NCBI GenBank assembly: GCA_052426225.1
Contig: JBNJNM010000012.1
Span: 1,674,001 to 1,738,000, forward strand
Source of the DNA: Zancudomyces culisetae HAW-14-8
Taxonomy: Eukaryota; Fungi; Kickxellomycota
Length of the DNA: 64,000 bases
Direction: 5' to 3'
How positions within the stretch are numbered: the stretch's first letter is position 1; the number at the start of each line of letters is the position of its first letter. Positions 14,203 to 27,800 of this stretch are shown here, piece by piece. Position numbers and translations under genes: made by a program. The notes under the pieces were generated by a model. It was not told where the DNA came from, did not search any database, and saw nothing but the letters and a program-made list of their open reading frames with translations.

Positions 14203-17200
14203 CTAATTTCCACTGCACATCTTTTGACATGTGTTTATCAACTCAAGGTCAATAATGTCATTCGCAAGTTCAATGATCGATCCAATATGCTTACTTGTAT
14301 CAGCACCATACTTTATTAGCAGTTTGATTATCTCTACATTTTTATGTTTGATAGCCTCCTCGAGTCCATACCCCTTTTTTAGCACTAAATTTGGATTTCT
14401 TTCCAACAAGAGTTTCAACATTTCCAGATTATTATTTTTACAAGCTTGAATCACTCCACTTTCACACCCCCTTTTTATTTTTGCCCCTTTTTCAAACAAA
14501 AGCTTTAGAATATCTGTATTATTGTTTTCACAGGCCTGGAGAACATAATTTTTCCAGCTCTTTTCAAAAGTGCATGTATCATTCAAAAGTAATCTAACTG
14601 CTTCCAGCTTGTTTTTTTTGATTGCATGTTCAAGTAAATATGAATCACCACACATCTCAGGACAACAAGTTAGCATTAACTGTAAAGTTTCGGTGTCGTC
14701 TAAATTGAAAAGATTCAACTCACTTGAATATTTGTATACTTTTGCACCATGTCGCAGTAATAGTCTGATAATATCAGCGTTCTTTGCCTTGAGTGCCATA
14801 TTTACAATTCTGGTGTTGTTTTTGACATCTATTCCATTTTCCAAAAGTAACTTTACCATTTGAGTGTTTCCTGATTGCACTGCAAACTCCAGAATCGTAG
14901 CATCACTATTGAGATTCATCTTATAATTTAGCAGTAAATTCATAATTACAGTATTTCCTACAATAACTGCTGCATTTATACCATCGAATAAATCACTATT
15001 CTGAATGGGTTCACCCTTTTCAAGTAGTGCTTTGGTAATCTTGTATTCTTCAAAAAGGTCAGAGTTTTGATTAATCAAAAATGTATTCTTTTGTGATTCT
15101 TCTTTATCCTTCGTATCTGTACTGTCCCTTTTCTCTATTACCCCTAGCCCATCATAATACTCAAGAATCATTTTTACCAACTCCAAATTCTCAGTCAGAC
15201 ACGCATACTCTAACCGATACCTACAAATATTCCCGACTACAGCTTTATTATCCAAAAGGTATTTCAGAGTTTTCTTGTGACCCAATCTACATGCAATCCT
15301 GACTCCATTTCGTTCTGGGTTACTCAAGTCAACTCCACTTTCTACCAAAAATTTAACCATATCAAAGTTACCTAGTAAACATGCCATATTAATACACTCG
15401 TATTTTGGATTCTTGGGGACTACACCGCCATTCTTGATCCAGTGTTTCAACGCTTTAACTTTATTTGATCTACAAGCTTCTTCAAATCCATCCGATTCTC
15501 CATTAAACTTTGCACCTTTGCTAATAAAGTAGTCTATCCAACCAATACCACCTGCTTTGTATGCTGTTCTCAAAATCAAACTATTACCAGAGTAAATATC
15601 TATTCCATAATCCATCAATAGTTTTAACATTCCAAAATTTCGGTTAACCAATTCCGATTCTGCTAGCTCATAGTGTCTATCATTCAACACTTCTATATCG
15701 TTTTCCACTTTCAACGCGTTAGTTTCATAATATTCAGTGTCGTTGAATGTGCTTTGCAAATTATTTTCAACAATATATCCAATAATTTTAACCAATTTTT
15801 TATAACAATCTTTTTCAAGTTGGTGTATAGGAGGATGATTTGAAAGATTATCAAAGTACAACGCACATGCATTGATGATATGTTGCTGCTTTGAATTCAT
15901 AACTGCCATTATATTTTTAAATAAATCAATATCCCTACCAAAACTTTCAAAATCAGTAGGAAGGCCAAAGCAAAGGTCGTTAAAAATGTGATTTACTTCA
16001 ATCAGACATAGCATTGTTTTACTAAATTTCAACCTCGTCCCAACCTTGACCTGGATTTCTGGAGTTTTAGTTTTAGATTTATCTTTATCTTTATTGAAGA
16101 ACTCCAATAGCCGTTCAGCTACTTCATGATTTTCGATACTATACAGTTTTTCAATACCACTTTGATCATCTAGCTCAACTGAAGCACCATTTTCCAATAA
16201 TAACCGTAGCATATCCATATCTTTATTTTCTATAGATATGTTTATTCCCTTAAATTCAATGGATTTTAAATCCACTCCGGCTTCGATAAGTAACTTGCCA
16301 ATTTTTACATCCCTACTTTCCACTGCTTCTTCTAAACAGGAAATACTGACAGTATTTGAATATTTAGTGATAATTTCTTGTACCAATTCGTAGTCTTTCT
16401 TTTTTATAGCCGTTTTGATTGCATTTTCATCCAGCTTCCCATCCAGGTTATTACAATTGTTTAAAAGAAATCTTATGATATCGACACTACCACTTTCGTA
16501 CGCCATTGCTGTTATTTTTCTGACATTCTCTGTACTTGGCTCAACTTTGAAAAAATATTCTTTAGCCAAATCCACATTTTTATCGTTTATAGTCACATCA
16601 AATAATATTTGTTGACTAGTGATATCAGGGTAGATACCCTCAAGATACTTTATCAACTCTTTTCTATCCCAAGCGATCGAATAGTATGAAAATAGTACAG
16701 AGGTCAATGTTTCCATTTTAGATCCATATCCGTACTTTTCCATGAAGTCAGTTGATGCCTTATATTTAAACTCGTTACTATATCTGATATATGATTTCCA
16801 CTCATGAAATGAAAAGTTTGTATTTATCTTTAAATCTAAAATCCGTTTCAGTAATTCAACATTACTCAGATTAAAGCATCTACTCACAAAATGCAATATA
16901 TAACAGATGATAGCCTTGCTATCAATATATTTAAAATCCACTTCAACAGCACCTGTAAATTCTTTGGGAATCTCTACTTTACTATTAGAAGCATCTATTA
17001 ACGTTTCAATAACCTCAATTTCAAAGTCTTGACCTAATGTGTAAAAATATGATCCTATCTTCCACATTGCCACCGTCAGTAAAGGCCTTAAATAAAGTGA
17101 TTCAGAGATCTTAATGTCTGTAAATTCTCTTTGTGATTCAGTTCTCTCTGAAAAAAACGTTTCAAAATCAATGTCTAAATACTCAATTTTGTTGATAAAT

Positions 17201-17601
17201 AAAGTATCTATGTGTACAACCGTTGACGTACTCCGGTCGGTCACTACATACATTTTAATCAATTTACTTAGTATGTTCTTCCACTTGTACTTGATTGCCA
17301 AACCTAAAGCTGTTTCGTATTTCAGATTTTTTATTCTTCCCAGAACCAGAATTCCTACTGTTTCATTCATACATATCCTGGCGTATTTCTTGACTATTGT
17401 ACACAGATTTGTGTTTGGGAAAAACCCCTCAATTGATACAGTATATCGAAGAATATATTTGCTAATTGTATCCACCTGTTGCGAAGCATAGTACATGTTT
17501 TTGGTTAATAGTGACAGTTGAGGGTTTTGAACAAGAACAAATATGGTTGAAAGAATACATTCTGGAATATTGTTGAAAATACTGATACTTTTGTTATCCA
17601 T
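14203..17601 (-). CDS. Ankyrin-repeat protein with N-terminal F-box-like motif (~1132 aa from the first ATG)
   Basis: Intronless. Many ankyrin-like units (e.g. MACLLGNFDMVKFLVESGVD, FAVQSGNTQMVKLLLENGID, AIKHKNVEIIKLLIKYGAD). The N-terminal IPECILSTIFVLVQNPQLSLLTK resembles the F-box LPxEILxxIF consensus. Confidence 0.85.
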   Translation of the reverse strand: MDNKSISIFNNIPECILSTIFVLVQNPQLSLLTKNMYYASQQVDTISKYILRYTVSIEGFFPNTNLCTIVKKYARICMNETVGILVLGRIKNLKYETALGLAIKYKWKNILSKLIKMYVVTDRSTSTVVHIDTLFINKIEYLDIDFETFFSERTESQREFTDIKISESLYLRPLLTVAMWKIGSYFYTLGQDFEIEVIETLIDASNSKVEIPKEFTGAVEVDFKYIDSKAIICYILHFVSRCFNLSNVELLKRILDLKINTNFSFHEWKSYIRYSNEFKYKASTDFMEKYGYGSKMETLTSVLFSYYSIAWDRKELIKYLEGIYPDITSQQILFDVTINDKNVDLAKEYFFKVEPSTENVRKITAMAYESGSVDIIRFLLNNCNNLDGKLDENAIKTAIKKKDYELVQEIITKYSNTVSISCLEEAVESRDVKIGKLLIEAGVDLKSIEFKGINISIENKDMDMLRLLLENGASVELDDQSGIEKLYSIENHEVAERLLEFFNKDKDKSKTKTPEIQVKVGTRLKFSKTMLCLIEVNHIFNDLCFGLPTDFESFGRDIDLFKNIMAVMNSKQQHIINACALYFDNLSNHPPIHQLEKDCYKKLVKIIGYIVENNLQSTFNDTEYYETNALKVENDIEVLNDRHYELAESELVNRNFGMLKLLMDYGIDIYSGNSLILRTAYKAGGIGWIDYFISKGAKFNGESDGFEEACRSNKVKALKHWIKNGGVVPKNPKYECINMACLLGNFDMVKFLVESGVDLSNPERNGVRIACRLGHKKTLKYLLDNKAVVGNICRYRLEYACLTENLELVKMILEYYDGLGVIEKRDSTDTKDKEESQKNTFLINQNSDLFEEYKITKALLEKGEPIQNSDLFDGINAAVIVGNTVIMNLLLNYKMNLNSDATILEFAVQSGNTQMVKLLLENGIDVKNNTRIVNMALKAKNADIIRLLLRHGAKVYKYSSELNLFNLDDTETLQLMLTCCPEMCGDSYLLEHAIKKNKLEAVRLLLNDTCTFEKSWKNYVLQACENNNTDILKLLFEKGAKIKRGCESGVIQACKNNNLEMLKLLLERNPNLVLKKGYGLEEAIKHKNVEIIKLLIKYGADTSKHIGSIIELANDIIDLELINTCQKMCSGN

Positions 17602-18816
17602 TATGTTGTTAATTTTGTATGTTTTATTTCTTATTTCAAAGTTTAGAACGTTAGATATTGTACCAATAAAATTCAAATAGAATTGATGACAGCTAGAGTA
17701 GAGGAAATAGGTTTAGTTATATATTCTACAACTACTTGGATTACACCGTCATTTGCTGCGCAACGAATATACCACCATAAGGATAATTACAACATAGCGG
17801 GTAATATAACGTAACAAAAGTCAAAGATTGATAGGAAATTGAGAGGGCGCAGTACATCTTTCATTTTTCTAGAAATAAAACTTGGAAAAGTGTGGAAACT
17901 GTCTTTTTTAATATTTCGAAACCCTCCAGTATATTTTTCTCGGATAAGTTGTTGCTCACCATTTACCATATATGGTAGTGTAAAGCTCCGTGTTATAACG
18001 AGTAAAAGCTATTAGAAAGACGCCAAACCTGTATTTCTATTTACTCTGTGGAATCGAGAAAGTTAAATGATAAAAATACGAAACTGTATTATTAAGACTT
18101 GCCAAGAAACACTTATAGGTACATATATCTTTTTTTATCGATTTCGAACAAGACAAAAATAGCAAGGTATGTTCTTAGAGTTGTTGTTCTTGAAGCCCAA
18201 GTAAAATATTAGAATAGCTGAATAGTAAAATGTAGAGACCAGAGGGCAAGGAGTAGTTTGGTTATCCATACATTCCAGTTATCTGAAGTACTGAGACTGA
18301 TAAGCGTAAAAGTACTAATACTCTTTCATTGATGTTCTAGGTAAAGATAAAACCACTGTTATAATAAGTGAGAGTAAAGATAGGTTGGTTGGTCATTAGT
18401 TTTTTATAACTCTGGCCTTCATTAAGCACAATAATCCTATTTTTCTTCTGTCCATAAGAATATTTGGGTATTCCGCCTTGGTGGGTTTTAATGATTAAAA
18501 ACTCAACATACATTACAAAAACCAGAAGCAAAACAAAAAAAAAAGTGGGCATGTCGAAATATATCATCTGGTTTTTTATTTTTTTTGTGGTTTAAATATA
18601 TATTATAAAGCGAAATGCAATCTTTCTGTGAATGAGAAATTAACTAAAATAATGCAAATAAGGTTTCAGCAAATTAAAACACCTATGCTCATTTTACATA
18701 ATAAAAAATAAATTGCTTTTACCTTCTCTAACATTGTTAATTTTCAACTTGTTAGCAAAGGGAATTTAAACAGAATTTGGACATTAATCAACAAAAAAAA
18801 TAATAAAAGGATAAAA

Positions 18817-21295
18817 ATGCCAAGGTTTTGGTTCTTGTCAGTTCCAGCAAACGGGGAAAAGGAAATAGCGCTATCAGAGGTCAAGGGCTTAGTCGAGCCA
18901 GCGACTTTTAACCAACTCGAAATTCCAACATTTAAGGTAATAAGAAGGAAGAGGAGGGTGGACGGTGAACGGGGTTTAAATTGCGCAACATTAAAAGTAT
19001 ATTATGTCGGGTTTGTATAGCCAAGATAAGGACTTATGAGTAAACAAGAGAATGATAAAAATAGGTTGGCAGTTTAGATGGGTTGGTAAATGCGTCAGAG
19101 GATTTAGCCAAGATGGATTCTATCTTTGAGACGAGTTCAAGCAAGCTTGCAGACACAATAATCAAACTATCTGGAGCTAAACCTGAAGAGTATGACGAAT
19201 ACTTATTTATTGATGAAGGTAGGTTAATAGTTTAACTTTGATTTTGCTCTTTTTTTTTGCTCTCTATTAAATTGAAGCACATGGAAAATATATTTAGAAT
19301 TAAACACATAAATGTTTAAAATAGATGGGGTGGAGGAATATATCCGGAATTTTACATGGAATTACTCAAAGTATTCTGCTGTCAAGTCTACTTCTGAGAT
19401 TGCAAAACAAATAATGGAGGTAAAACGAAAATGATGAGAATGTTTATTTTGCTATTGAGACAAATTGGTATTATTGTGAAAGTTTGCAAACTGGAAGAGG
19501 AAGGAGAGAAAAGGGGGGAGGGAGAGATTTCGAAAGTTTGACAATTAGTTACTTGAAAAATATGTGTGTGGTGTATTAAAATAGGATGCGCGGCCTCTTG
19601 ATAATACGCTAAAAGAAAAAATGAGCGAGTATAATCAACTTCGAAATAGTAATAAGGTGCTTACTCAGAGCAAAACGTAAGTAAATTAATGGAGAGAGAT
19701 GAGGCGAGAAGGAGGAAGATTCGGGGGGAGGGAATGATGATAGGATGGGGATAAAGTTTAGAAATAATAGAGGCATTGTAAATAATATTTATGCCAATAT
19801 ATTTATTATTGAAAATGAGAGAGGTATTAATAATAATATGGTGACTATTAAATAGAGGAAATCTGTCAGTCAGATCGCTAGATGGAATAGTGTCAAGAGA
19901 ACATGTTATAGAAGACTCTGAGTATCTAGAGACTATATTTATAGCAGTCCCAAAGTAAGATGAAAAAATAATGGATATAGGATATAGGATATAGGATATA
20001 CAAGTGGTGTGGGTATATTTACTAATGAAACGAAATGAAAACGACTGATATAGCTCACACGAAAAGGAATTTAATAATACGTACGAGACACTGACACAGA
20101 TGGTGGTTCCGAGATCAGCAAAGTAAGAACACTTAATACGTGGTTAGGCAATGACAATGTTGGAAATTGTATAGGGTTTAAATATACAAGATAACATTAG
20201 CTGAATAATAAATAAATAACTCGATAAATGATAAAATACGATAATGGGTTTAAGAAACGATAGATAATATAGGGATACTGAAATAATTTTGTGGTAAAAT
20301 AGGAAAGTAGCACAGGATAATGATTATTCATTGTTTTCAGTAGTGCTATTCAAGAGGATAATAAATGACTTTACACAGGCAGCAAAAGCCAAAAAGTAAG
20401 TGATGATTGAAAACATTAAAGATTTTTTTTAGATGTAATTAGAGAACAGAGTTATTGATGAGTGAATGGATGGATGGATGGATAGTAATTACTAAAAAAG
20501 AGACATTAATAAATGAATATTTACTGTTGTTTGTGGTGGTGGTTTGTGATGTGTGTCTACTAGGTTCATAGTTAGGGAATATAGACTTGATCAAGGAAGC
20601 GAGGTAGACCAGCAGCAAGTAGAGAGGAGTTTACAGGAAGAGCAAATGTTATTTGTAAGTAAAAAAAGATAGTGAGTATTTTAGTGAGGTGTGTGTGTTG
20701 TGTGTTGTGTGTGTATGGGGGTAGGCTAGGATATTTTGTAGATACTAAAAATACGAGAGGAATTTTAATAGAATGAGATACTTGAATGGGCACAAACGAG
20801 CTTTTCGGAGGTATTTTCAGCATGGGTTCATTTGAAGATACTGAGGATATTTGTAGAGTCAGTATTGTTGTATGGAATACCACCTGATTTCGTATCAGGA
20901 GTATTAATGGTAAGAGGAGAAAAGCAATATTAATATAATTTTTTATTAATTTATTTATTTATTTATTTTTGAGTGATGATAATGATTTAGATAAACAAAT
21001 ATAAATGTGAATATGAATATAGGTTCCAAATGAGATACACAATAAACTCAAGAAAAAAATGAATGAGAGATATGCACATCTGGATACAAGTGGACAGATA
21101 TTTTCAAGTGGAGGTAGGGGAGGAGGGAGGAGAAGATCTATAAGAAGAGCAAGCGTCTCTGGAAAAAGAGGATCGTTGGGAGATGGAGGCATGGATGAGG
21201 ATGACAGTGCATTTGACATGAATGAGTTTCATTCAGTTTTGGATGATTATTCACCATATGTTATTTTTGAAATTAATTGGTTAGTTAGCAAATAG
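18817..21295 (+). CDS. VMA5: V-type H+-ATPase subunit C, 10 exons
   Basis: Spliced translation: IPTFK|VGSLDGLVNASEDLAKMD...YIRNFTWNYSKY...TGNLSVRSLDGIV...DSEYLETIFIAVP...YETLTQMVVPRSA...FSAWVHLKILRIFVESVLLYGIPPDF...YSPYVIFEI. All introns are GT-AG and in phase. Confidence 0.95.
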
Positions 21296-21515
21296 AAAAA
21301 GCGGTGAGTGGGGTGGAAGAGTGAATTGATGATAGCTTTTTTCATTTTGTTTTTTTGGTGTTCTTTTTTTGGGGAAAAAAAAGGGGGGAGGAGATGGGAG
21401 GAAAGGAGAGGAAAGGAGAGGAGAGGAGAGAGAAGGTGTAAAATGATGTTATTGGCAATGGTTAAAGTTTATTTGTATACAAATGAAATAAATAAATAAA
21501 AATAAGTGAAAAAAA

Positions 21516-22698
21516 TCAAGATTTGCTGGAATCTTCCTTTAGGCTGACAATGCGGTTGAGAACGAAAGAATGGGGAGAAGAAAATAAGGGGGAGTAATCA
21601 ACAGGAGCAGGTTGAGAAGTAGAAGTAGAGGACGATGAAGATGAGAGGGATTTCCAAGGCAAATCAGCAAAGACAGAGTCCTTGTCGAGGCAGAAATAAC
21701 CGGTTCTGAGGAATTGGAAATTGATTTGCTCGGGGAAAACAGAGTTGTTTGTGCGGAAATGGTTGGCAATGACGTCAAGGAAGCCGGTTTCGACGAGAGC
21801 AGAGGATTGGGTCTGGAGAGAGTCGGGGTCAATGTCCTCGAGATAACCACCAGGAACAGCAGATTTGTCCTGAGGGTTTGGATGGCGAAACATTTGGGAG
21901 TAAAGGCGGACCTGGGAAAGAGAGACAGGAGAATGTCTGGCGGGACAGATAGGAACCCAGTTGATGTAGGTTTTTGGTTTTGGAGAAGTAGAAGAAGGCG
22001 AGGATTCATAGTCACACAAAAGCTCGATAACATCGCCGGTGGCAGGGTCACGGACAACAGAGGTACAGGTAATGGGGAAGGGAGCATAGAGCAGACCAAC
22101 GGATTTTCCAGGAGCTAGACGGAAGTAATCGGGCGAATCAACCAAACGGAAGTCGGAGCGGTCAATGTACAGCTCGTTGGTGAAGGGGATGACGTGGGAG
22201 CCAAAGGAGGGGTCACGTGGATTGAAGGGGACAGTGAGATCAAGAAGGAAATCGTCAGGAACGTTTTGGAGGCGGACGCGGATAGGATCGAGGACAGCAA
22301 GAAGTCTGGGAGAGTAGGAGTTGAGGTAGTCACGGATGTGACTGTCGAGGCGAGCAACTTCAATGATGGTGGTGGAGGTGGTGACGCCAAGTTCGCGGAC
22401 AAAGCCGTTGATGGCTTCGGGAGGCACACCACGACGACGCAGGGCAGGGAGCGAGTACAGGCGCGGGTCGTCGAGCGAGGAGATGCGGCCCAAGGCGAGC
22501 AGCTTGAGCAGCTTGCGTTTGGAGAGGACGGTGTGGGTGACGTTGAGACGAGAGTATTCCCACTGGACGGGTTTGTAGACATCGACGGCATCGCACAGCC
22601 AGTAGTAGGATTTGCGAGACTGGGTAAATTCGAGAGTACATAGGGAGTGGGTGATGTTTTCGATGCTGTCACATAGACAGTGGGCAAAGTCGTAGGTG

Positions 22699-22733
<35 letters not shown>

Positions 22734-24023
22734 AGAAGCATACATGACACGATATGCCACCAAATCCCACATCTGCGGATTTCCATCTTCCAAATCCATC
22801 TTCATCCGCAAAATTGCCTCGCCCGCCTTATACTTACCAGTCTTCATCTTCTCAAACTCTGCCAACGACTCTTCTACCGATCGGCCGCGGTGTTCACAGG
22901 CGTATCGTGGTCCCATGTTGTCTCCTCCTCGCTGCTTGTGGATATCTTCGCCGCTACAGTGGCATACATACCCTAGTCCCTTCTTTATCATTACTACTGC
23001 CAGTCTGTACAACTCGTCAAAGTAATCTGATGCGTATAGAATCTTGTCTGGCTCGAATCCCAACCAGCGCACTGTCTCAAGAATCGAATCAATATACTGC
23101 TGCTCCTCTGCCTCTGGATTTGTGTCGTCGTATCGCAGGTTAGTCGTTCCGTTGAATGCCTTTGCGTATCCGAAATTTACATTGATTGCCTTTGCATGTC
23201 CAATATGCAAGAAGCCGTTGGGTTCTGGTGGGAATCGTGTAATTACTTTTCCTCCTGTAAACTTTAAATGCTTCTGTCTTATCTCCTCGCTAATCTGTGG
23301 GTTTTCTCCTGGTTTGTGCAGTTTGCTGATTTCTCCCTCCATAAACATCTTCTCAACTGGTGCTGCCTTGTATTTTCCCTTTACCTCAACCTCCTTTTTC
23401 TTCTTCTCAACTTCTTCCTTTCCTTTCGCTTTTCCCTTCCCCTTTCCTTTTCCTTTTCCTTTTCCTGGTTGATCTGCCTCTCCCTTTGGCCCCAACTTGG
23501 CCTCGATTTGGGCTTCTAATTCTCCCTTCACTTTATCCACTCTTGCCCATTTGAGCCTGCCCTCTGCTCTTGTCTTGCTCAGCAACTTGCCCAAAATTCG
23601 ATATCTTTCCTCCTCTATTGCCTCATTATTCTCCTTTATGATCCTGCCAATAGTTTCTTTAATCTCCTCGTCTCCCACTTCTACTCCTATTCCACAGGTT
23701 TCGCTATACTCCTGGTAATTTGCCTTTGGATCTTTGCTTTTGCAGTATTTGAGCGCTTCTGTTAGTTGATCTCCTGTCTTCAGATTACCCTTGCTAATTT
23801 CTGCCACTATAAACTCTTGGTTTTTCTTTACATCTGGCCCCATAGTTGTTGCTAGCTTGTACAACAACACACCTTGTTCTCTACTGATTTTGTCTGCACC
23901 GGTCTTTTTGGCCTCCGTTACTATCTCGATTAACACTGGTCCCAATTTTGGATTCTTGGCACTCTCTGCCGCCTTTTCGGCTGTCAGCCCTAGAGTTTCA
24001 AATTCTTTTATCCACTCATCCAT
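21516..24023 (-). CDS. GLN4: Glutaminyl-tRNA synthetase (intronless)
   Basis: TRFPPEPNGFLHIGHAKA (HIGH motif), YDDTNPE, WCIYPTYDFAHCLCDS, VLSKRKL (KMSKS equivalent), and the eukaryotic N-terminal appended domain. Confidence 0.97.
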
Positions 24024-24863
24024 TCTTTCTATTTTTTTTACCTTTCTCTTCTAGTATTACGTTATAATAATGCTATAAAATATATATCAATTTAAATATA
24101 TTTATATTTAAAATGTTTTTATTTTTTTTTTGCTGAGATTTGAATTTTGTTTTAATTTTTGCGTTTATTTTTATTATTTGATTCACCTTATTAATATTTT
24201 CCCCTTATTTATGTTTATTTAGTTATTTACTTTTATTTCATTTTTTTGATTATTGCTGCTTTCAATTGTGGAGAGAAAAAGAGTATTGTAATTTTAAAAG
24301 CGGAATGTACTGAAAAAAAAAATTTTTTTTCTATCAAACAATTGGTCTTTTCATTTTATTTCTTTTGTTTTTGTTGATTTTTGCTCTAGGTTTATGTGTC
24401 AAAATTGCGTTTTTACATGTCATTTTTAATGAAAATAGTGGAACACAAAGTCTGTAAATAACTGTCAATTATTTCTACATCCTCTCTTATAACCTTCTTG
24501 CCCTCACGCCCCTTCTCTCTTTCTCCTCCACACACCTCTTTTCTTTTCTTTATATTGCAATGCTGAAATAGAATCGGCTTACTATTAAAACCGAAAATAG
24601 GAATATATTCAACTTTTACCCTTTGTACTGAAAATCGAAAACTCTTGATGATATCTACTCTTATTCACATCTTTCCCCTCTCTCATACCAAAAACATTGA
24701 ACGCATTGAACCCTCACTTTTCTTTACCAAGAATTTAACAATACCCGTCCCCATTTAAAGATTGTCGCTTTAATTATAATGGCATTCAACCAAAAGACAA
24801 AAAATAAAATAGTAAAATAATAAATACATGCAAATACATGAAAATATCTTCTAGAAACTACAC

Positions 24864-27800
24864 TCAATTATCACTTTTATCAAATGGAACTCTGGGTGTA
24901 AACTCTATAGGTATTGGTAAAGAAACTGGGCTAATAAAGTTTATGTATCCAGGGTGTTGAACCTCTATGGTGGTTATGTCGTATTCGCGTATCAATATTG
25001 CCAACGCAAGTTTTGTATGGTACATTACATATCTCTGACCAGGACATGTCCTAATAATAATAAGAATAATAAAAGTAAAAGTAAAGGTTTTTTTTTATAT
25101 TTGTAATTGTATCGATTCTTGTAACCTTATGATCTTGTATTGTAATCCTCATGCGAAACTTTCTATAAAAAAAAGTTAAAAAAATAGTAATTGTTTTTAC
25201 TTTACCTTTCAAATCCAAATATAAAATCACTGGGATGTATTATCTATACATAGATACATATAAATAATCAATGTAATAATCTCTAGATTTTCAAAAACTT
25301 AAAATTCTTCCCCATCATTCTCTCTCACCGCCCTCCTACCCATTTATAAACCAAATAATCGATAAAAAAAAAATTTTTACCTGTGAACTGCGGGCTCTGG
25401 AGTTTAAATGTCTGTATGCATTAAATGATGTAGTATTGTTTGGATAGAATACTTGGCTGATGTTGTATGAGTTTGGGTTGAAAGAAAAAATACTGTTTTT
25501 AGGGATAGTATACCCGTTTGATAGAGTTATTTGTTCGGAAATGAAGAAGCGCCTGTACACTAAGATTTCAAATAACATAACGACAATGTTTAATTAGTAA
25601 AATACAATTATTGCAATATGGTTTGGCAAGTTTTGGTATATTTAGTATATTTTTGACTTACAAATTGACGAGGAAAGTCTTAGTGACTCTGTAATAGCAG
25701 CATCCAATAGCCTCATTTTTTGAAGTATATTCATATTTAGCTCGCCACCTACAAAATCAATAATCTCACGCTGTTCTCGATACAGCTCCCTCAAAAACTC
25801 GGGTTGAAGTGTAATATTCACAAGGCAGTTGTGTAGCGTTTCTGCCACCAACAAACTGAGATATACTGGAAAATGCGGAATGCACTGATTCATCACCAAC
25901 TTTTTTAGCGTTTTGGAGTTTCCAAACTCATCCAGGATAATTGACAAGAGATCCTACAAATAATCAGAGATGACAACATATGTAAATTACATCATTTATT
26001 AACTATCACTTTAATAATTAATCGCTTTTTATCAACCTCAATGATGTTAAATAACATCAATATTATTGTTTTATATTACATTTTCCACTTCTCCCACTTT
26101 AACACGCTCAACTCTTTTCTTGATTTCAGCTTCAACAGTCGCTGAAATTTTATCTCCATGCTTTTCTAAAAGCGTGTTGAATATTTTCGCACTATAAAAA
26201 ATGGCCTCATATTGTTACAAATTCCTTTCACTAGTTTATATATATTCGTTAAAAACAACAAAGAAATCTTTTTTTTTTACACAAACCTTGTTCCTCGTGG
26301 GATAATTTCAGTAGAGTAGGTAAGTTTTATGTATCTTTTTAATGATATAAACACTTCATCCATGTCTAATCGATCAAGTACATCCTATTGAATTTATTTT
26401 TTATTACCACCATTATTATTTTCTAGTGTTTATTCTTGCTAAAATTTATGACTTTGAAAAGCAGTAATTCTTGTATATAACTCTCAATAGCTTACATTGC
26501 CAAACACTGTTCTTGTAGCTATCATAATGATAATTAATAAAATTTAATACATAACCAACCCAGTCAGGCTTCAAAATCTGATTGACAATAAATAAAAATA
26601 CTTTTACCATTGTAATACTCGGTGAACACAAAGAAAAGCATGGTGCTGTCCACTATGAACCTGCCTACATATCATGATTATGTTTATCATCACTGTAAAT
26701 TTGAAATACGTCGAGAACAACAGGAAACGTTAAAAGAAATAAAAAACATATACTTTGAATATCATTTTATATTACAATTAATATATGATACTACCTTCGG
26801 GAAAACAGGCTCCGGTCCTATGAAGGCTTGCTAGTAAAGATGCCAAATATCCGTCTTGTTCATAGTGTATGACTCTTTCGAGATGTTTTCCTGCCAAGAG
26901 CAGGGAGTAAAGTCTGAATAACTTTGTGTTTTTTTCAACATCTGTAGTCAGGATCGGATTGAAATGAAACTATGTGCATGTGGATATTGTATTACTTGTT
27001 AAATCTCACATAGATTGTTTTATATTATTGTTTCAAAAAAAAGGAAAAAAAGCACTTTAAAGGTACTATTAGTCCCAGCCTCGTGTGTAATGGACTACGT
27101 TATACAGACAATAAAAGTAAAAGATTTACATATTTTGAACTGTTTTCCGTATTTATAAGTGTTCTGGGAAGTGATGCATATTCAGTTGCTAGTGACCCTC
27201 CGAGCAAATATATCTTGTTTGTATAAAGCTCAAACTCAACAATATCGTTGTTCTATTAAATGACTCTTTTTAGTAAATGATAATACAATATTTGAAAAAG
27301 TTTTTAATGGACCTTATTATACAAAAATAAAATAAAAATAAAAGCTTTTGCATGTTTTACCTTTTCAAATGCATTGATAACTTTGGCTAGTGCATTCTCG
27401 GTAAGTTTATAAGGAACCTTTAGCTTGTGTGGATAAATGACCTTTGTAAATTATAGTATAAAGCTGTATAGTGTTATTTCTATATATATATATATACTCT
27501 TCAACTATATAGCTAATAAAATATAAAATAAATACACTAAAATTAAAGAAGTGGTTATTGAGAATATTTTGATGCTATACCTTGGAATACGTTGGTACCG
27601 ATATTAAAAGAAAAACCCTCTTTACTGCGTTGCTAATGAGGGCCAAGATATGCAATATAATAAAGATGTGCAGGGCCATGTTTAGGGCAAACTTTAAAGG
27701 TCCTATTGTTTGTACCCGTATGATACCTAATATAGCGAGTGTTGCGTAATTAGAAAGCCATAAAAACATCAACACTCCTACTATATTCAAAAAAAGGTAA

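Noticed and set aside
2930-17601. Ubiquitin-system gene cluster (UBA1 plus F-box/ankyrin)
   Set aside because: Separated by an unrelated gene; proximity alone is not evidence in a eukaryote.
19431-20470. C-box-like RTGATGA motifs in VMA5 introns (snoRNA?)
   Set aside because: No suitably placed CTGA D box or terminal stem.
21539-23718. Many long overlapping or antisense ORFs within GLN4
   Set aside because: Expected from stop-poor, GC-rich, skewed sequence; no domains recognised.
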